64,000 nt of DNA from Octopus sinensis (GCF_006345805.1 NC_042998.1:190154001-190218000); one strand, 5' to 3'. Counted from the stretch's first letter, positions 13,958-26,465 are shown. Numbers and translations are program-made. The notes: generated by a model from the letters alone, not told the origin.

Positions 13958-14556
13958 GATAAATATCAAAGTGAGTTATATACAGTAGCGGTAACACATC
14001 GTGACGTATTTTTGCCATTCAATATGGCTAACCCCTAAGGGTGGATGCTACTGTAGTTTTTTAGCCCCAGGAGGACACAATCCTCCAGCTGGCCATAGAC
14101 ACACTATCTGTGTCTGTCAGTATTGCAAAGGGAAGTCATCCTTCCCGTCTTCAACTTATGATACACACGGACTCGAGTTTCGAGGTATTGACCTCTCGTC
14201 AGCGTGTGACAATCATAGTTGTCGCCGAGAATAGATTTCCTTCACAAATACTTATACTTTTCCAGCGTCCACTGTCGCTGATATTGAAAAAGTGAAATCC
14301 AACAATGATAAATATCAAAGTGAGTTATATACAGTAGCGGTAACACATCGTGACGTATTTTTGCCATTTCAATATGGCTACTGTATATAACTCACTTTAT
14401 ATGGCTACTGTATATAACTCACTTGATATGGCGTCCACTGTCGCTGATATTGAAAAAGTGAAATCCAACAATGATAAATATCAAAGTGAGTTATATACAG
14501 TAGCGGTAACACATCGTGACGTATTTTTGCCATTCAATATGGCTACTGTATATAAC

Positions 14557-14561
<5 letters not shown>
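13957..14561. repeat. Three direct copies of a ~75-130 bp unit with internal 22-bp inverted repeats
   Basis: gataaatatcaaagtgagttatatacagtagc..caatatggcta at 13957, ~14307 and ~14473; gctactgtatataactcact is the reverse complement of agtgagttatatacagtagc. Confidence 0.85.
14164..14208 (-). ncRNA. Canonical 45-nt minimal type I hammerhead ribozyme
   Basis: cacacg-CTGACGA-gaggt-caat-acctc-GAA-actcgagt-C-cgtgtg; all core nucleotides present, perfect stems I and II, 8-nt palindromic stem III, GUC triplet. Confidence 0.88.
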
Positions 14562-14599
<38 letters not shown>

Positions 14600-14640
14600 G
14601 TATGTACGTATGCATGCAGATAGATAAATAGATAGATAGA

Positions 14641-15076
14641 TATTATAAGTCACACTCAAACTTTGGTAGACGGCAGCAGGCGCGGGGAGTCCGATTCCAA
14701 ATAGAGTTTTTCAGGGTTTCAGAAACCCGTCCGAGAGAAACGATGGAACAGAGTCTGTTGAATTAGGTACTTACCTAGACAGTTTGCCGTGACTTTTGAT
14801 CGGAGATGCAGATTTACGAGAAATCATTTTCCGTCGATGAAAAATATACGATTTGTTCGTCGTGGAGCTGCACAAACATGTCCGTTATTTTTCATCGACG
14901 GAAAATGATTTCTCGCAAATCTGCATCTCCGATCAAAAGTCACGGCAAACTGTCTAGGTAAGTACCTAATTCAACAGACTCTGTTCCATCGTTTCTGAAA
15001 ACCTGAAAAACTCTATTTGGAATCGGACTACCCGCGCCTGCTGCCGTCTACCAAAGATTGAAGTGTGACTTCAATA
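14641..15076. mobile_element. Fold-back element/MITE with ~200-bp near-perfect inverted arms
   Basis: 14641-14846 vs 14886-15076 reverse complement: 3 internal substitutions plus a 15-bp insertion in the left arm; 39-nt loop. Confidence 0.85.
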
Positions 15077-15301
15077 TATAAATGCACCCCGACTTACCGC
15101 GCTGTCAGTCTCTTTTGTTTCAGAACACATGCCCTAGCCTGATCAATGCATCTTTTCGATGAAAGAATGAATCATAAAAGTTAAGACGTTGATTTAATCA
15201 GTTAACCACTCCTCCCAAAATTCTAGACCCTATATACATGTAACAATTATTACTATCATCATCATCACCATCATCATCATTATTATTATTATTATTATTA
15301 A

Positions 15302-15361
<60 letters not shown>

Positions 15362-15375
15362 CATTATTATTATTA

Positions 15376-15935
15376 TTGAGTGAGAGAGCTGCGCATGCCA
15401 TCAAAGTGAGACTGGAGTACAAATATACAAAACCCAGCATACCCATCATGACTACCCGTCTGACAAGGGTACACCAGGCACATGCATCACAACCATATGT
15501 GTACGCAATATGGTGATCTCATATCAAAATGAACAGCGCATAATCTAGCGGGTGGGACCCAGTTAGAATTTTTCTTCAGGTCGAGTAGCCCTTTCCGCTC
15601 AAAAGGTCCTTGAATAAGGGTTGTTTAAGGATGTTGAACGAAACACCCATGTTTCCAGGAGTGAATTACTCAAACCCCAAAGAATCCCTCTCAACACATG
15701 GCAATGATGCTCCCCCACTACTTCTGCTCGTAATCTGAGATGCACATATCGTCAGCCACAAGAGACATGCTCAACTGGTTACGGTCAAACAACTGACAAG
15801 CAAATCTGTGGTACTGAGCAGAATATTTGCTGTAGCCCATCTTTTATACCAAGATAAAACATGTACATGATAAAACTTCCAATCAGTTAAGATCAGAAGC
15901 CATGAGCGCCAGCACCTGGTATTGCATCAGGACAT
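15376..15935 (-). mobile_element. Family E non-coding element (~560 bp) in (AAT)n tract
   Basis: Longest copy; (AAT)n on both sides; no ORF; either a LINE 3' UTR or a non-autonomous element. Confidence 0.8.
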
Positions 15936-16019
15936 ATCATTATTATTATTATTAATATTATTATTATTATTATCATTATTATTATTATTATTATTATCAT
16001 CATCATCATCATTATTATT

Positions 16020-16073
<54 letters not shown>

Positions 16074-17170
16074 TAATAATAATAATAATAATCCGATACT
16101 GCTTATTTCTTTGAAGAAGACAGAATTCTTTTTAATCTAGTAGTTCTTTAAAACGATAAAAACATAATATATATGCAGGTATATGCATACACACACACAT
16201 GTATACATACATACGTACATGCATACATACATGCATACATACATAATATATATATACATACATAATTACGTACATGTATGCAATGATAAAAAAAAGTCTA
16301 TTATTATAACACATAGCAAGTTTGTAACTCATAAGAGACCATAAACAAACTTGGCATTTAAGACTTTAAGAGCTTCTTAAAATACTTATCGACCCTGCTA
16401 TTTATAATTGACTAATGAAACACTCGAGACTCACCAACTCACAATACGATTGTAAAGGTCATGATGCTGAATACACTTTTCCCTTGTGAAAACTCCTTTT
16501 ATCACAGAACATGAATCAGGAAAAGGGTAAATTATAGAAGAGATCAAAATGCTACACACGATTTCTAATTGCATGCAACGATCTCCTGAATGAAATGCAT
16601 ATGCGAGCAGTTTACTATAAATGCTGTAAGCACATAAGAAGTTAAGTGGATGGTCCGACGTCTAGACATGTTAGTTTATTCATATGACAGTTTGATTGGC
16701 TGAATAATGCATGATCAATGGAGCGCAAGGAAGAAATTCATTGGAGCAGCAGTTTGAGAAAGATAGTGTTAAAACGTAAGACAGCGAGTTCACCGGCGGA
16801 ATAAAACCTAATGTACAGTCTTCTCGTGCGAGATATCGCCAATATTTTAATTCGGTGTCGTATAGCAGATTCAATAAAACACCACCATAAATATTACAGA
16901 CGCATGACAACAGCAGTGATTTTATTTGAAGCGTGTATTTAGAGAGGAGTTGAAATAACATCTTTATTTTGATAGAAAATATCAGTTAGTATGAAGAATA
17001 GTTGTGATATATAAGAATCATTTTAACAAGGATTACACTTTATGAAATGTGCTGGATTTTCATTTTCATTTATCTATATAAGGACTTTATTTCAAGGTAG
17101 ATGCAGCAATTCAGAAGCTATTAGCTGAAGCTTCTATAATGAAGGTGCTCACTTTTAAGTTTATCTCCTT

Positions 17171-17810
17171 AGATTTCCTGTAGAATTCAGAGTCAGCACT
17201 GCAAGTTACGTTTCGTAAACGAATAGGTCTATGTAAGCAATAGAATCGAAGATTAAAAAAATATTTAATGGGTGTATATGCATATTTCAAGAATTAGTGC
17301 TCTTTCATCATTACCACATCCAAATCATCAATTATCTCCGTTCACATTGCTTAAATACTCAATACGTTTAGCGGCGTAACACATACACTATTTGATATAT
17401 TAAACACTTTCCTAGCAACTGGTACATAAATCTTAATTGCTGACAAGAACACAGTATTTCGTTTTGTAGCCACATTATACTACCAAGTGTATTATAGGTT
17501 TACAAGTCAATATTGTGTGCTACTTTGTATTAGTAGTACGTTATATTCACTTTCAAGTTTATCTTTATAGATTTGCCCGGAATGTGTTTAATATGTAAAC
17601 TGGTCTACCCAATTGTGTTACACCGCTAAACTTAGTGGGTATTTAAACAATGTGATCGTGAAAAATTAATGGGTTGGATGTGGTGCTGATGAAAGAGCAA
17701 TAACTCTTGAAATATGTATATACACCCATTACCTAGGTTTTTCTATTTACATAGGTATGTTCGTTTACTTCGTAATTTGCAGTGCTGGTTCTGAATTCTA
17801 CAGGAAATCT
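17171..17810. repeat. Diverged ~640-bp inverted repeat carrying a hammerhead motif in each arm
   Basis: agatttcctgtagaattcag.. pairs with ..ctgaattctacaggaaatct; arms ~245 bp, spacer ~160 bp. Confidence 0.85.
17678..17729 (+). ncRNA. Type I hammerhead ribozyme, intact core
   Basis: ggtg-CTGATGA-aagag-caataa-ctctt-GAA-atatgtatat-A-cacc; AUA triplet; antisense copy at 17267-17320 has C3->A and the perfect palindrome atatgcatat. Confidence 0.72.
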
Positions 17811-19395
17811 GTAGAAATGATCTTGAAAGTGAAAGCATCATAATATTGCTGACGCAATATTGACTTGTAAACCAAAACCAAATACTGTAACTTGCCAGTA
17901 ATTAAAATGAAAGTGTTGTTTGAACAAAGTAACTAAATAGTTATGGAATGACCGTGTAAACTCTACATTAATTATCTCTAAATATAAATTTCTTCTCTTT
18001 AAATAATTATTTCTACTGCTCTCTATCATCAAAGCATTGCATAATATTTAAAAAGGTGAAAATTTGAGAATCGTCTAATTCGATAACTGTTATTTTTACC
18101 GTGGTCTTGCCACAATCTTATTCTGCCTTTCTAACTCTACAGTTTAACTGCAGTCTATAATTTTACTGTCATTCATAATACAATCAGATTTTAGCATTAA
18201 AGTCTGAAAACAGTCTATATCACAGTTGACTTACCATATTTTACCATAATTTCCAGCATTACAGTCGCAAACATCTATAATACTACTATCTTACTACAGT
18301 GTCTAACATTGCAGACTACATTTTTATCACAAGCTCTATAACTACAGTCCTACCTTCCTTTCCTCAGTTTTACCCCCACCCCGTCTCTAATACTGAATGT
18401 AGTCTTGGCGAAATCTCACTGCAAACTAATATTAGTCTCACATTAATCTAACTTCAGTTTTAGCACAACACAAGCAGTACAATATTATCTAAATCTCTCC
18501 ACAATTTTACTCGTCTTATCATTGTATTACTAGTCATACTTCCGTTTTAGTTCAGTCTTATCGCAATCTTTAACGATGCTGTTTTACCTCAAACTTACCA
18601 AGTGTTATTTCAGTCTTATCAGTCCTACTATAGACTTATTACAAATGTACATCGAATTTTCCGAGATATCTCAGCGTTACCGCCAATCTTACCGCATTAC
18701 CCATCATTAAATTCTAATCACAATTTTTTGCCAATCTTATCTTCGTATTACTTCAATCTTACCACTGTCTCTACTACCGAAGTCTTTATCTCAACAATTA
18801 TTAATTATTTCGTACGAAGAAAGACATCACAAATATCAAATAATATTATAATTTTTAGTTATTTATTAGACTAATTTTGTACAGTCGAACGAAACTATGC
18901 TCAATAAATAACCCAGTTATATTTATCATCACTCAAGTCATCAGAAATGAGATGCAAGATTGTCTGCTGCGACAGAATTTGAAGCTATAAGAATGAAACT
19001 AAATACACTACAAGCGATTTCGTCAGCAGAGCGGTTCTAACGTTTTCCATTTACGTCAAATAAGTTGAGACAGATAACGAAAGGAATGTAGCCAATGCAA
19101 AATCATATTTTTATATTCGTTTATAAACTGAGAAAAGTTATAGAGAGAAGAGTATATTTAACAGAAATAAATAAATTTAATTAGGAAAACATGCTGTCAT
19201 TCCTTTTAATTTGCACAAAGATTATAAAAGCAAATATTGGCAAAATTTGTAAAGAAAGAAGAGTCCTAATTAGAAATATTTAACAAAATAAATATTTTTT
19301 AAAACGAATGCATAATGCTTAAAACACTGAGCAAGAGTAATTCTGAAACATAATGGGAAAATGTTCTCTGATTCAGACAACAACAACAACAAAAA

Positions 19396-19460
<65 letters not shown>

Positions 19461-19471
19461 TATTATTATTA

Positions 19472-19691
19472 CTCTTTTTACTCTTTTACTTGTTTCAGTT
19501 ATTTGACTGCGGCCATGCTGGAGCACCGCCTTTAATCGAGCAACTCGACCCCGGGACTTATTCTTTTGTAAGCTCTACTTACTTAGTCTATCGTCTCTTT
19601 TGCCGAACCGCTAAGTAACGGGGACATAAACACCCCACCATCGGTTGTCAAGCAATGCTAGGGGGACAAACACAGACACACAACACACACA

Positions 19692-19766
<75 letters not shown>

Positions 19767-19936
19767 TATATACGACGAGCTTCTTTCAGTTTCCGTCTAC
19801 CAAATCCACTCACAAGGCTTTGGTCGGCCCGAGGCTATAGTAGAAGACACTTGCGCAAGGTGACACGTAGTGGGACTGAACCCGGAACCATGTGGTTGGT
19901 AAACAAGCTACTTACCACACAGCCACTCCTGCGTCT
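19472..19936 (-). mobile_element. SINE family A, full length, with internal (TA)n
   Basis: Head aggagtggctgtgtggtaag..ggttccgggttcagtccc; CORE-like cttgcgcaagtgtc; internal microsatellite; tail gtaaaagag. Confidence 0.9.
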
Positions 19937-19971
19937 ATTATCATTATTATTATTATCATTATTATTATTAC

Positions 19972-20020
<49 letters not shown>

Positions 20021-20023
<3 letters not shown>

Positions 20024-20640
20024 TAGGTTTATTTTTATAGCCTGCTTCCACTTCACTACCGAGCGCCGCTCTGTGTGCCTTGGGTATGTGCTGTGGTTTG
20101 CTGTGTCGCTCTTATGGTTACTGCATTGAAAGTGCTTTGCGGTGCCCAGTAGTGCAATTTTTTATCATACCTAATGCGCTTATTATGATAGGAATTGTTT
20201 CTGTTTTTAGATTTCCCATTCGAGTTACCTCTATTTCCAAGGTCGTTATATTTTGAAAGTTTCTCCATTTCTTTTAAAGAAACGTTGTCATCTGCTGGTA
20301 TTGATACATCAATTAGAAAGCATTTTTTTTTTCTTCGTGATCTCTGACAACTATATCTGGCCTATTGGCCTTAATTTCTCTATCTGTGTGTATTGGCATA
20401 TCCCAGAGTATGGTTGCTTTTTCGTTTTCTGTGACCTTTTTCTGTTGTTATTCTATAGTGTTGGCATAGTTTCCAGTGTATGTAGGTCCCAACTCTGTCG
20501 TGTCTTTGAATATATTCCTTCTTGGCTAGGACTGGGCAGTCAGAGATAATATGATTTATTGTTTCTTGTCCATCTCCAAATATTCTGCAGTTACCTGCTA
20601 TGTTTCTTTTCATTATATATTTTTGGCAATTTCTGGTGGA
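20021..20640 (-). mobile_element. 3' end of an R4/Dong LINE (CCHC knuckle + restriction-like endonuclease)
   Basis: CRIFGDGQETINHIISDC..RHDRV..IHWKLC..NRPDIVVRD..LIDVSIP..KEMEKLSKY; (AAT)n on both flanks. Confidence 0.9.
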
Positions 20641-20642
20641 GA

Positions 20643-20693
<51 letters not shown>

Positions 20694-20714
20694 GTTGTTG
20701 TTGTTGTTGTGTTG

Positions 20715-20748
<34 letters not shown>

Positions 20749-20949
20749 AACAACAACAACTGCAGCAACAACAATAACAACAACAACAATAATAATAATG
20801 GGTATTCAAACTGAATACTTATATTTTTATATATATATATTTACATATATATATATATACATACATATACACACATACAAATTCATACATATATACAAGC
20901 ATATACTCACACACAGATACTTAAATAAATTTATATATATATATATATA

Positions 20950-20980
<31 letters not shown>

Positions 20981-21734
20981 GTAAATGTAAATATATGTGT
21001 AAATATGTATTTGTGTATATACCTAAAATACATACATACATAAAATAACAAACGTAAATACTATTTTCTTCTTGAATGTTCTTTCGGTGTCAGTCTCGCT
21101 AACCCTGACTCAACAGAGTATAAATTGTTGGTTGTATATAAATAGAAAACTGAAATCAAGTTTCCTTCTATTCTCAAAAAAAGTCCCACATATGCATATT
21201 AATCATAAATGTAACAGAGATTAGAAAACGTCAATTTAGCGGAAAATATACTACCATTCTCTAATCAAAATTTCTGGGCGAGATTTTTCCTAAATATAAC
21301 TGCCATTGTATGTTATCTGTAGTAAGACTGGTGATTTCTATCTTCTGTTAGTGAAATATTATATTTGATTCCTATACGGTGGTCATATGAATCAATATTC
21401 TTTCTCTATAAATAGTTTCAGCTGATAGGAAGTAGAATTAGTTATGTTATATTTCCTTTGTCAGACAGAATTTGTTGAAACGTCTTTAAAAAAATAATAA
21501 TTAGTTTTAGAATATCAACATAATCATATGTTATTTTTCTACATATGTGTGTGTCAATGTATGTATATACCTATATATACATTCTTACATACAGACAGAC
21601 ATACTTTCTGCATAACTGTGTTTAAATCTATGCTTTGGGCTTAATGCAGATATCTCCTAATGAATATAAACGCCTAAAGCCAGACAATATGTGTGTATAT
21701 ATACATATACAGTCTCAGACAGACAGACAAACTG

Positions 21735-21736
21735 GC

Positions 21737-21833
<97 letters not shown>

Positions 21834-21850
21834 CATAGATAGATAGGTAG
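21735..21850. repeat. (GATA)n microsatellite
   Basis: Direct reading. Confidence 0.95.
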
Positions 21851-22073
21851 ATAGAAATGTTGTAAGTTAGGGTGTTAGCGTGTACAAAATTGAAGTATTC
21901 AGTAATTACAGCTGGGTGTATATACTACAACGGTGGTAGTTCATTGTAACTTAAATTTTTAATGGTCAGCTTGATTTTAAGCAATCATCGGACGACAAAC
22001 TCGAGTAATTCGTAAGAAAATCTGTGGTATATAATAATTTTTCAGATATAACATCAAAATGTAATGGACATAA

Positions 22074-22933
22074 CAGGGTGCGGTGAATAAACTGTCGTCT
22101 AAATTACGCAAAAATGAAATTAATATTGACAACTCATTTTAACAGATATATTTACCAAAATTTCAAAAAATATCTTATAAATAAATTTATTCAATAAAAT
22201 CCCCATTGTCTTCAGATGACTTCGGAATCTGTAATTCCTCTGGGCGGTCTATTTGTTTAAGTCGGTGAATGCTGCCATAATCCTTTCCTTCAGTTCATCT
22301 TGGGTGTTGCAAGGAGTTTTGTTGGTCTCTAATTCAACTGCGCCTCATGAATAATAATCAAGGGGGTTGCAGCAGATTGGGGAGTTAGGTGGGCCAAATG
22401 TTAGAAGTGATGTCGTCGCAGAAATTGTCTGACAGCCGTGATTGGGTTCTCCTGCTTGTGTGGCATGGTACAGAGTCCTGTTGCCAGACATAGGGTCTTC
22501 CAGCAGTCACCCTCTTGACCCAGGACAGCACTACCTCTTCCAAGCACCTGATGTAGGCCACCGTGTTGTGTCTGAGGCGGTGTGAGAAGATGAATGGAGG
22601 CATAACGTCGCCATCACTAGTGATCACTCCAAACGCTATGATGTTGACGGGATGTTTGATTTTTATCATTCTCAGAACATGTCTTCAGATTTCACTGTCC
22701 TTAGATTGACGCCCAAACACTCTGAAATGTTCGTATTAGAGCTTTCAGCGCGAATGCCAAACAGTACAGCATGTCATTTCCAAATTTCTGGCTGAGTGAA
22801 TTCCGCCATGCTGTTCTTTTCGCAGACGGTGCCCAACTGACTTTACTGTACTGTGTAGTCGACAAAAGCAAAAACAACACGCATGCACAAATATAAAAAT
22901 ATAGAATGGCGAGAATTTACCCATCACACCCTG
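22074..22933 (-). mobile_element. Internally deleted DD37D (maT-like) Tc1/mariner transposon
   Basis: Imperfect TIRs cagggtgcggtgaataaactgtcg / cagggtgtgatgggtaaattctcg; N-terminus MAEFTQPEIWK*HAV fused to GVITSDGDVMPP..WQQDSVPCHTS. Confidence 0.85.
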
Positions 22934-22973
22934 TGTATGTATGTATGTATGTATGTATATGTATATATATATA

Positions 22974-23011
<38 letters not shown>

Positions 23012-23139
23012 GGAGTTGTTTTCTTTGTTAGTTATATATAGGGAACCAGAAGTAGACGAAGAACATAGATAAGAAAGGACATACATCCTTGTCTAAGGCA
23101 AGATGAATGCACTAACTGTAAGTGTATAGAAGCTAAAAA

Positions 23140-23480
23140 GTTGAAAATATAATATTCGAAAATCGTATTATTATAAAGTATAAGAAGATCAGGAGTGTCT
23201 ATTAAAGTACAGTGGATTAAAATTGAAAATGGATACACAAAGAATGATTGCTGCTGGTAAACAGTTAAGTATTGATCCATTCTTCTATATAGAAATGAGC
23301 ATAGAAAGATAAAGGATTGAAAATATCAAAGAGCGTATTGTTATAAAATATTGAGATAGCATGATTGTTCTTGTTAAATTGTTAAGTATTGATTCGTTCT
23401 TATGTATGGAAATATAAAAGATTGAAAATATCAAAGAGCGTATTGTCATAAAGTATAGTGAGATCAGGAGTGTCTATTAG
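23140..23480. repeat. Degenerate tandem repeat, about 3 units of 100-140 bp
   Basis: Recurrent gattgaaaatatcaaagagcgtattgt, agatcaggagtgtctatta and gttaagtattgat. Confidence 0.65.
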
Positions 23481-24076
23481 CCGGTTGAGAATGAAATAGA
23501 GAAAGTGCGTGATTGTTAACTATTGATCCACTCAATCAAGTGGTAGTATGATTTTTTCCAGTGTATCACAAGGCATTTGGCAAAGTAACGACATTCAGTG
23601 AAGATCTCTGATCTAACAGTTAGTTTGCAGATTAATTAAAGTTCATGCGTTGTTTATTACAGTTTTTTTGTGTTTCGCCTTTCCGCTTGTGACACAACAG
23701 AATTTATAGTAAAAAGTAAACGTACTATTTAGTCAAATTTTGAATAATATTTAAACATAAGGCGTGGTAGAAAAAAATAACAAGTGACATATAGATATGT
23801 TTTAAATATCTCTAAGTAATTTTCTGGACAGCGTTCATTGATGACCTCAAAATAAACTGGTCAAATATTTCAAAGTGGAATGGTTAGTGACTGAAAATTT
23901 TAAACTTAATAAACCAGTTATTGAAACTGCATTTTTGTATGCAAGTTACTTCAAGAATGTTTTTATCTTTGTCTGAGAATTTTAACTTCGTAATTCAGAT
24001 TTTCTTACCAAGTTGAATAGAAAATGTGGGCCAGACATGACTTTTCATCATCAGAATAAATTACTTTTATAATTTA

Positions 24077-24473
24077 CTAGCAGTATCGCCCGGCGTTGCT
24101 CGGGTTTGTAAGGGAAATAACTATATAAGCATTTTTAGAGAGTTATAGCCAAAAAATAACAAAAAAATGCATTAAAAATGGAAAACAAAGTGATGGTAAT
24201 TTTTTTTTAAATCGTTGACTCATCGTAGACATTTTTAGAGAGTTACTTCCCTTATATAATAGCGAAAAAATGCATTAAAAGGGAAAAAAATTATGGTAAT
24301 TTTTTTTTAAATCGTAGACTCATCGTAGACGCGCGCTAATACCCAGAAGGGCTCGATATGAATCATGACTATAAGATACCCGGTTTTGGTTAAACTGCAC
24401 CGCAAAATGTGGGAGTAGTTAGGAATCTAAATCGTAGAAGACAGACACACAACTTCACTTTTATATATAAAGA
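24077..24473 (-). mobile_element. Non-autonomous Helitron (family H1)
   Basis: Minus strand A|TCtttatatataaaag..cccg-agcaacgc-cggg hairpin..CTAG|T; no TSD; internal ~100-bp tandem duplication. Confidence 0.85.
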
Positions 24474-24538
24474 TTTTTCTTATTCCGTTATTATTATTTA
24501 ATATTAAACAATACATGTTGTCCAAAAATAATTTTCAT

Positions 24539-24945
24539 AGGCGCAGGAGTGGCTGTGTGGTAAGTAGCTTGCTTACCAACCACATGGTTCCGGGTCCAGT
24601 CCTACTGCGTGACACCATGGGCAAGTGTCTTCTACTATAGCCTCGGGCCGACCAAAGCCTTGTGAGTGGATTTGGTAGACGGAAACTGAAAGAAGCCCGT
24701 CGTATATATGTATATGTATATATATGTGTGTGTGTGTGTTTTGTGTGTCTGTATTTGTCCCCTACCCCCAACATCGCTTGACAACCAATGCTGGTGTGTT
24801 TACGTCCGCGTAACTTAGCGGTTCAGCAAAGAGACCGATAGAATAAGTACTAGGCTTACAAAGAATAAGTCCTGGGGTCGATTTGCTCGACTAATGGCGG
24901 TGCTCCAGCATGGCCGCAGTCAAATGACTGAACCAAGTAAAAGAG
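24539..24945 (+). mobile_element. SINE family A, full length
   Basis: aggcgcaggagtggctgtgtgg..(tg)n..aagtaaaagag. Confidence 0.92.
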
Positions 24946-26014
24946 TTAGTTTCCAAATACTGTTTTTTTTTCCCTATCCAATCGCAAGCTTGCTTCATGA
25001 TTAAATATTTTTAATTGCTAATATAATTCAGTTGTCAGTTACTGTTATACGTGTTTAATAAATGAAACCACAAAATTTTAAGTAATAACGCATGGAATCC
25101 TCACTTTTTGATCTAAAATATATAAACTCTTCTTCATCTATTGAGTATCTTTTTTTTTCTTTCGTTTGTAAAGGCAAAGTATATCTTTATGTGTCAAAGT
25201 TTACAGATGCTTGCTTATATGTCTTTGTGAGTTTATGCTTGCTTTCCTGTCTTACTACGTATGTTTGTATACCTACATCAGTGCATATGTATATATGAGT
25301 GCATATATGCGTGCGCGCGCGCGAATATGTGTATTTAAGTCTGTTCAGCTCCAAACGACAAAATAGTTATTCTCATCATAATTAGTCTCCATCACATCAA
25401 TAAAATCGCATTGTTTGACATATCTGTCGATCCATCTATTTAAGATACAAAACAAGTGAAATGAAATAATTACATAGATTGCTTTATAACATGACTCAGT
25501 AACATAGTCTTCTTTTGCATGTAGCATCAGATATCAGGATATCGTTTGTTTTGCTTTATTTTTTTTTTGTTTTCTTGTTCGAAAGTTTCTTGTTCAAAGT
25601 TTCGTTCGGTATACGCTCATCATTTGATATCACCACAATTTTGAAAAATATTATCATACTAAAAACATTTTTAACCGCTTAATGGCGTACAACGAATCGA
25701 TCCGGCTACGTTCCCTATATTTCTTTGGTGTCTTTCATCAGTATTTTAGCATGCTAGTTTAGAATAGGCTACAGGCTTCTAACTCAATCTCCTCTATTTC
25801 TTTGAGGAAAAGGAAACCGTCAGTGATTTTCCAAAAGCCTCTCACTTCCTTGTGAGAGGCTTTTGGGGAGTTACTAGGAGAGGGACGGAGAGAGAGAATG
25901 AGGATCGTCTTCAAAACAAGAAAATGGAATGAAAAAGCTCTACTTACAGCCAGTTCATTCCATCTTGTTTTATAATTTTTTGTATAAATTAGTTCTGAAT
26001 TCTGTGTACATATA

Positions 26015-26078
<64 letters not shown>

Positions 26079-26138
26079 TATATAGTGAATTGAAGAAATG
26101 GAGTTGAACGAAGATTGAACAGAAATCCTTTTATTGCA

Positions 26139-26218
26139 TTCTACACGTGTTTCGAAAGCCACAATTTACCAAATTCCGATTGAATAAGGAGACCATATTG
26201 TGTCTTTCTCTTCAGGAA
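26139..26218 (-). ncRNA. Type I hammerhead motif in a Penelope-like pLTR piece (26087-26400)
   Basis: ttc-CTGAAGA-gaaagacacaat..attgtggctttc-GAA-acacgtgt-A-gaa; 12-bp stem II with one mismatch; only 3-bp stem I; followed by aataaa. Confidence 0.62.
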
Positions 26219-26391
26219 GAAATAGGAATTCCGTTGGCAGAACAAAAACAGAACAGAGGCGCAGCAAAACAAATCGAACGAGGAGGCTCCTAAGAGCCCA
26301 TGGCCAAACTTTTTTGCTACATTTTTGCTACCAAGGTATCGGTTAAACTTTTGATTAATCTGCAACAAGATTATTCATCTCTCTATTTCAC

Positions 26392-26436
<45 letters not shown>

Positions 26437-26465
26437 CAAAGTGGAGTTGTAAGGTACCGCACGAG

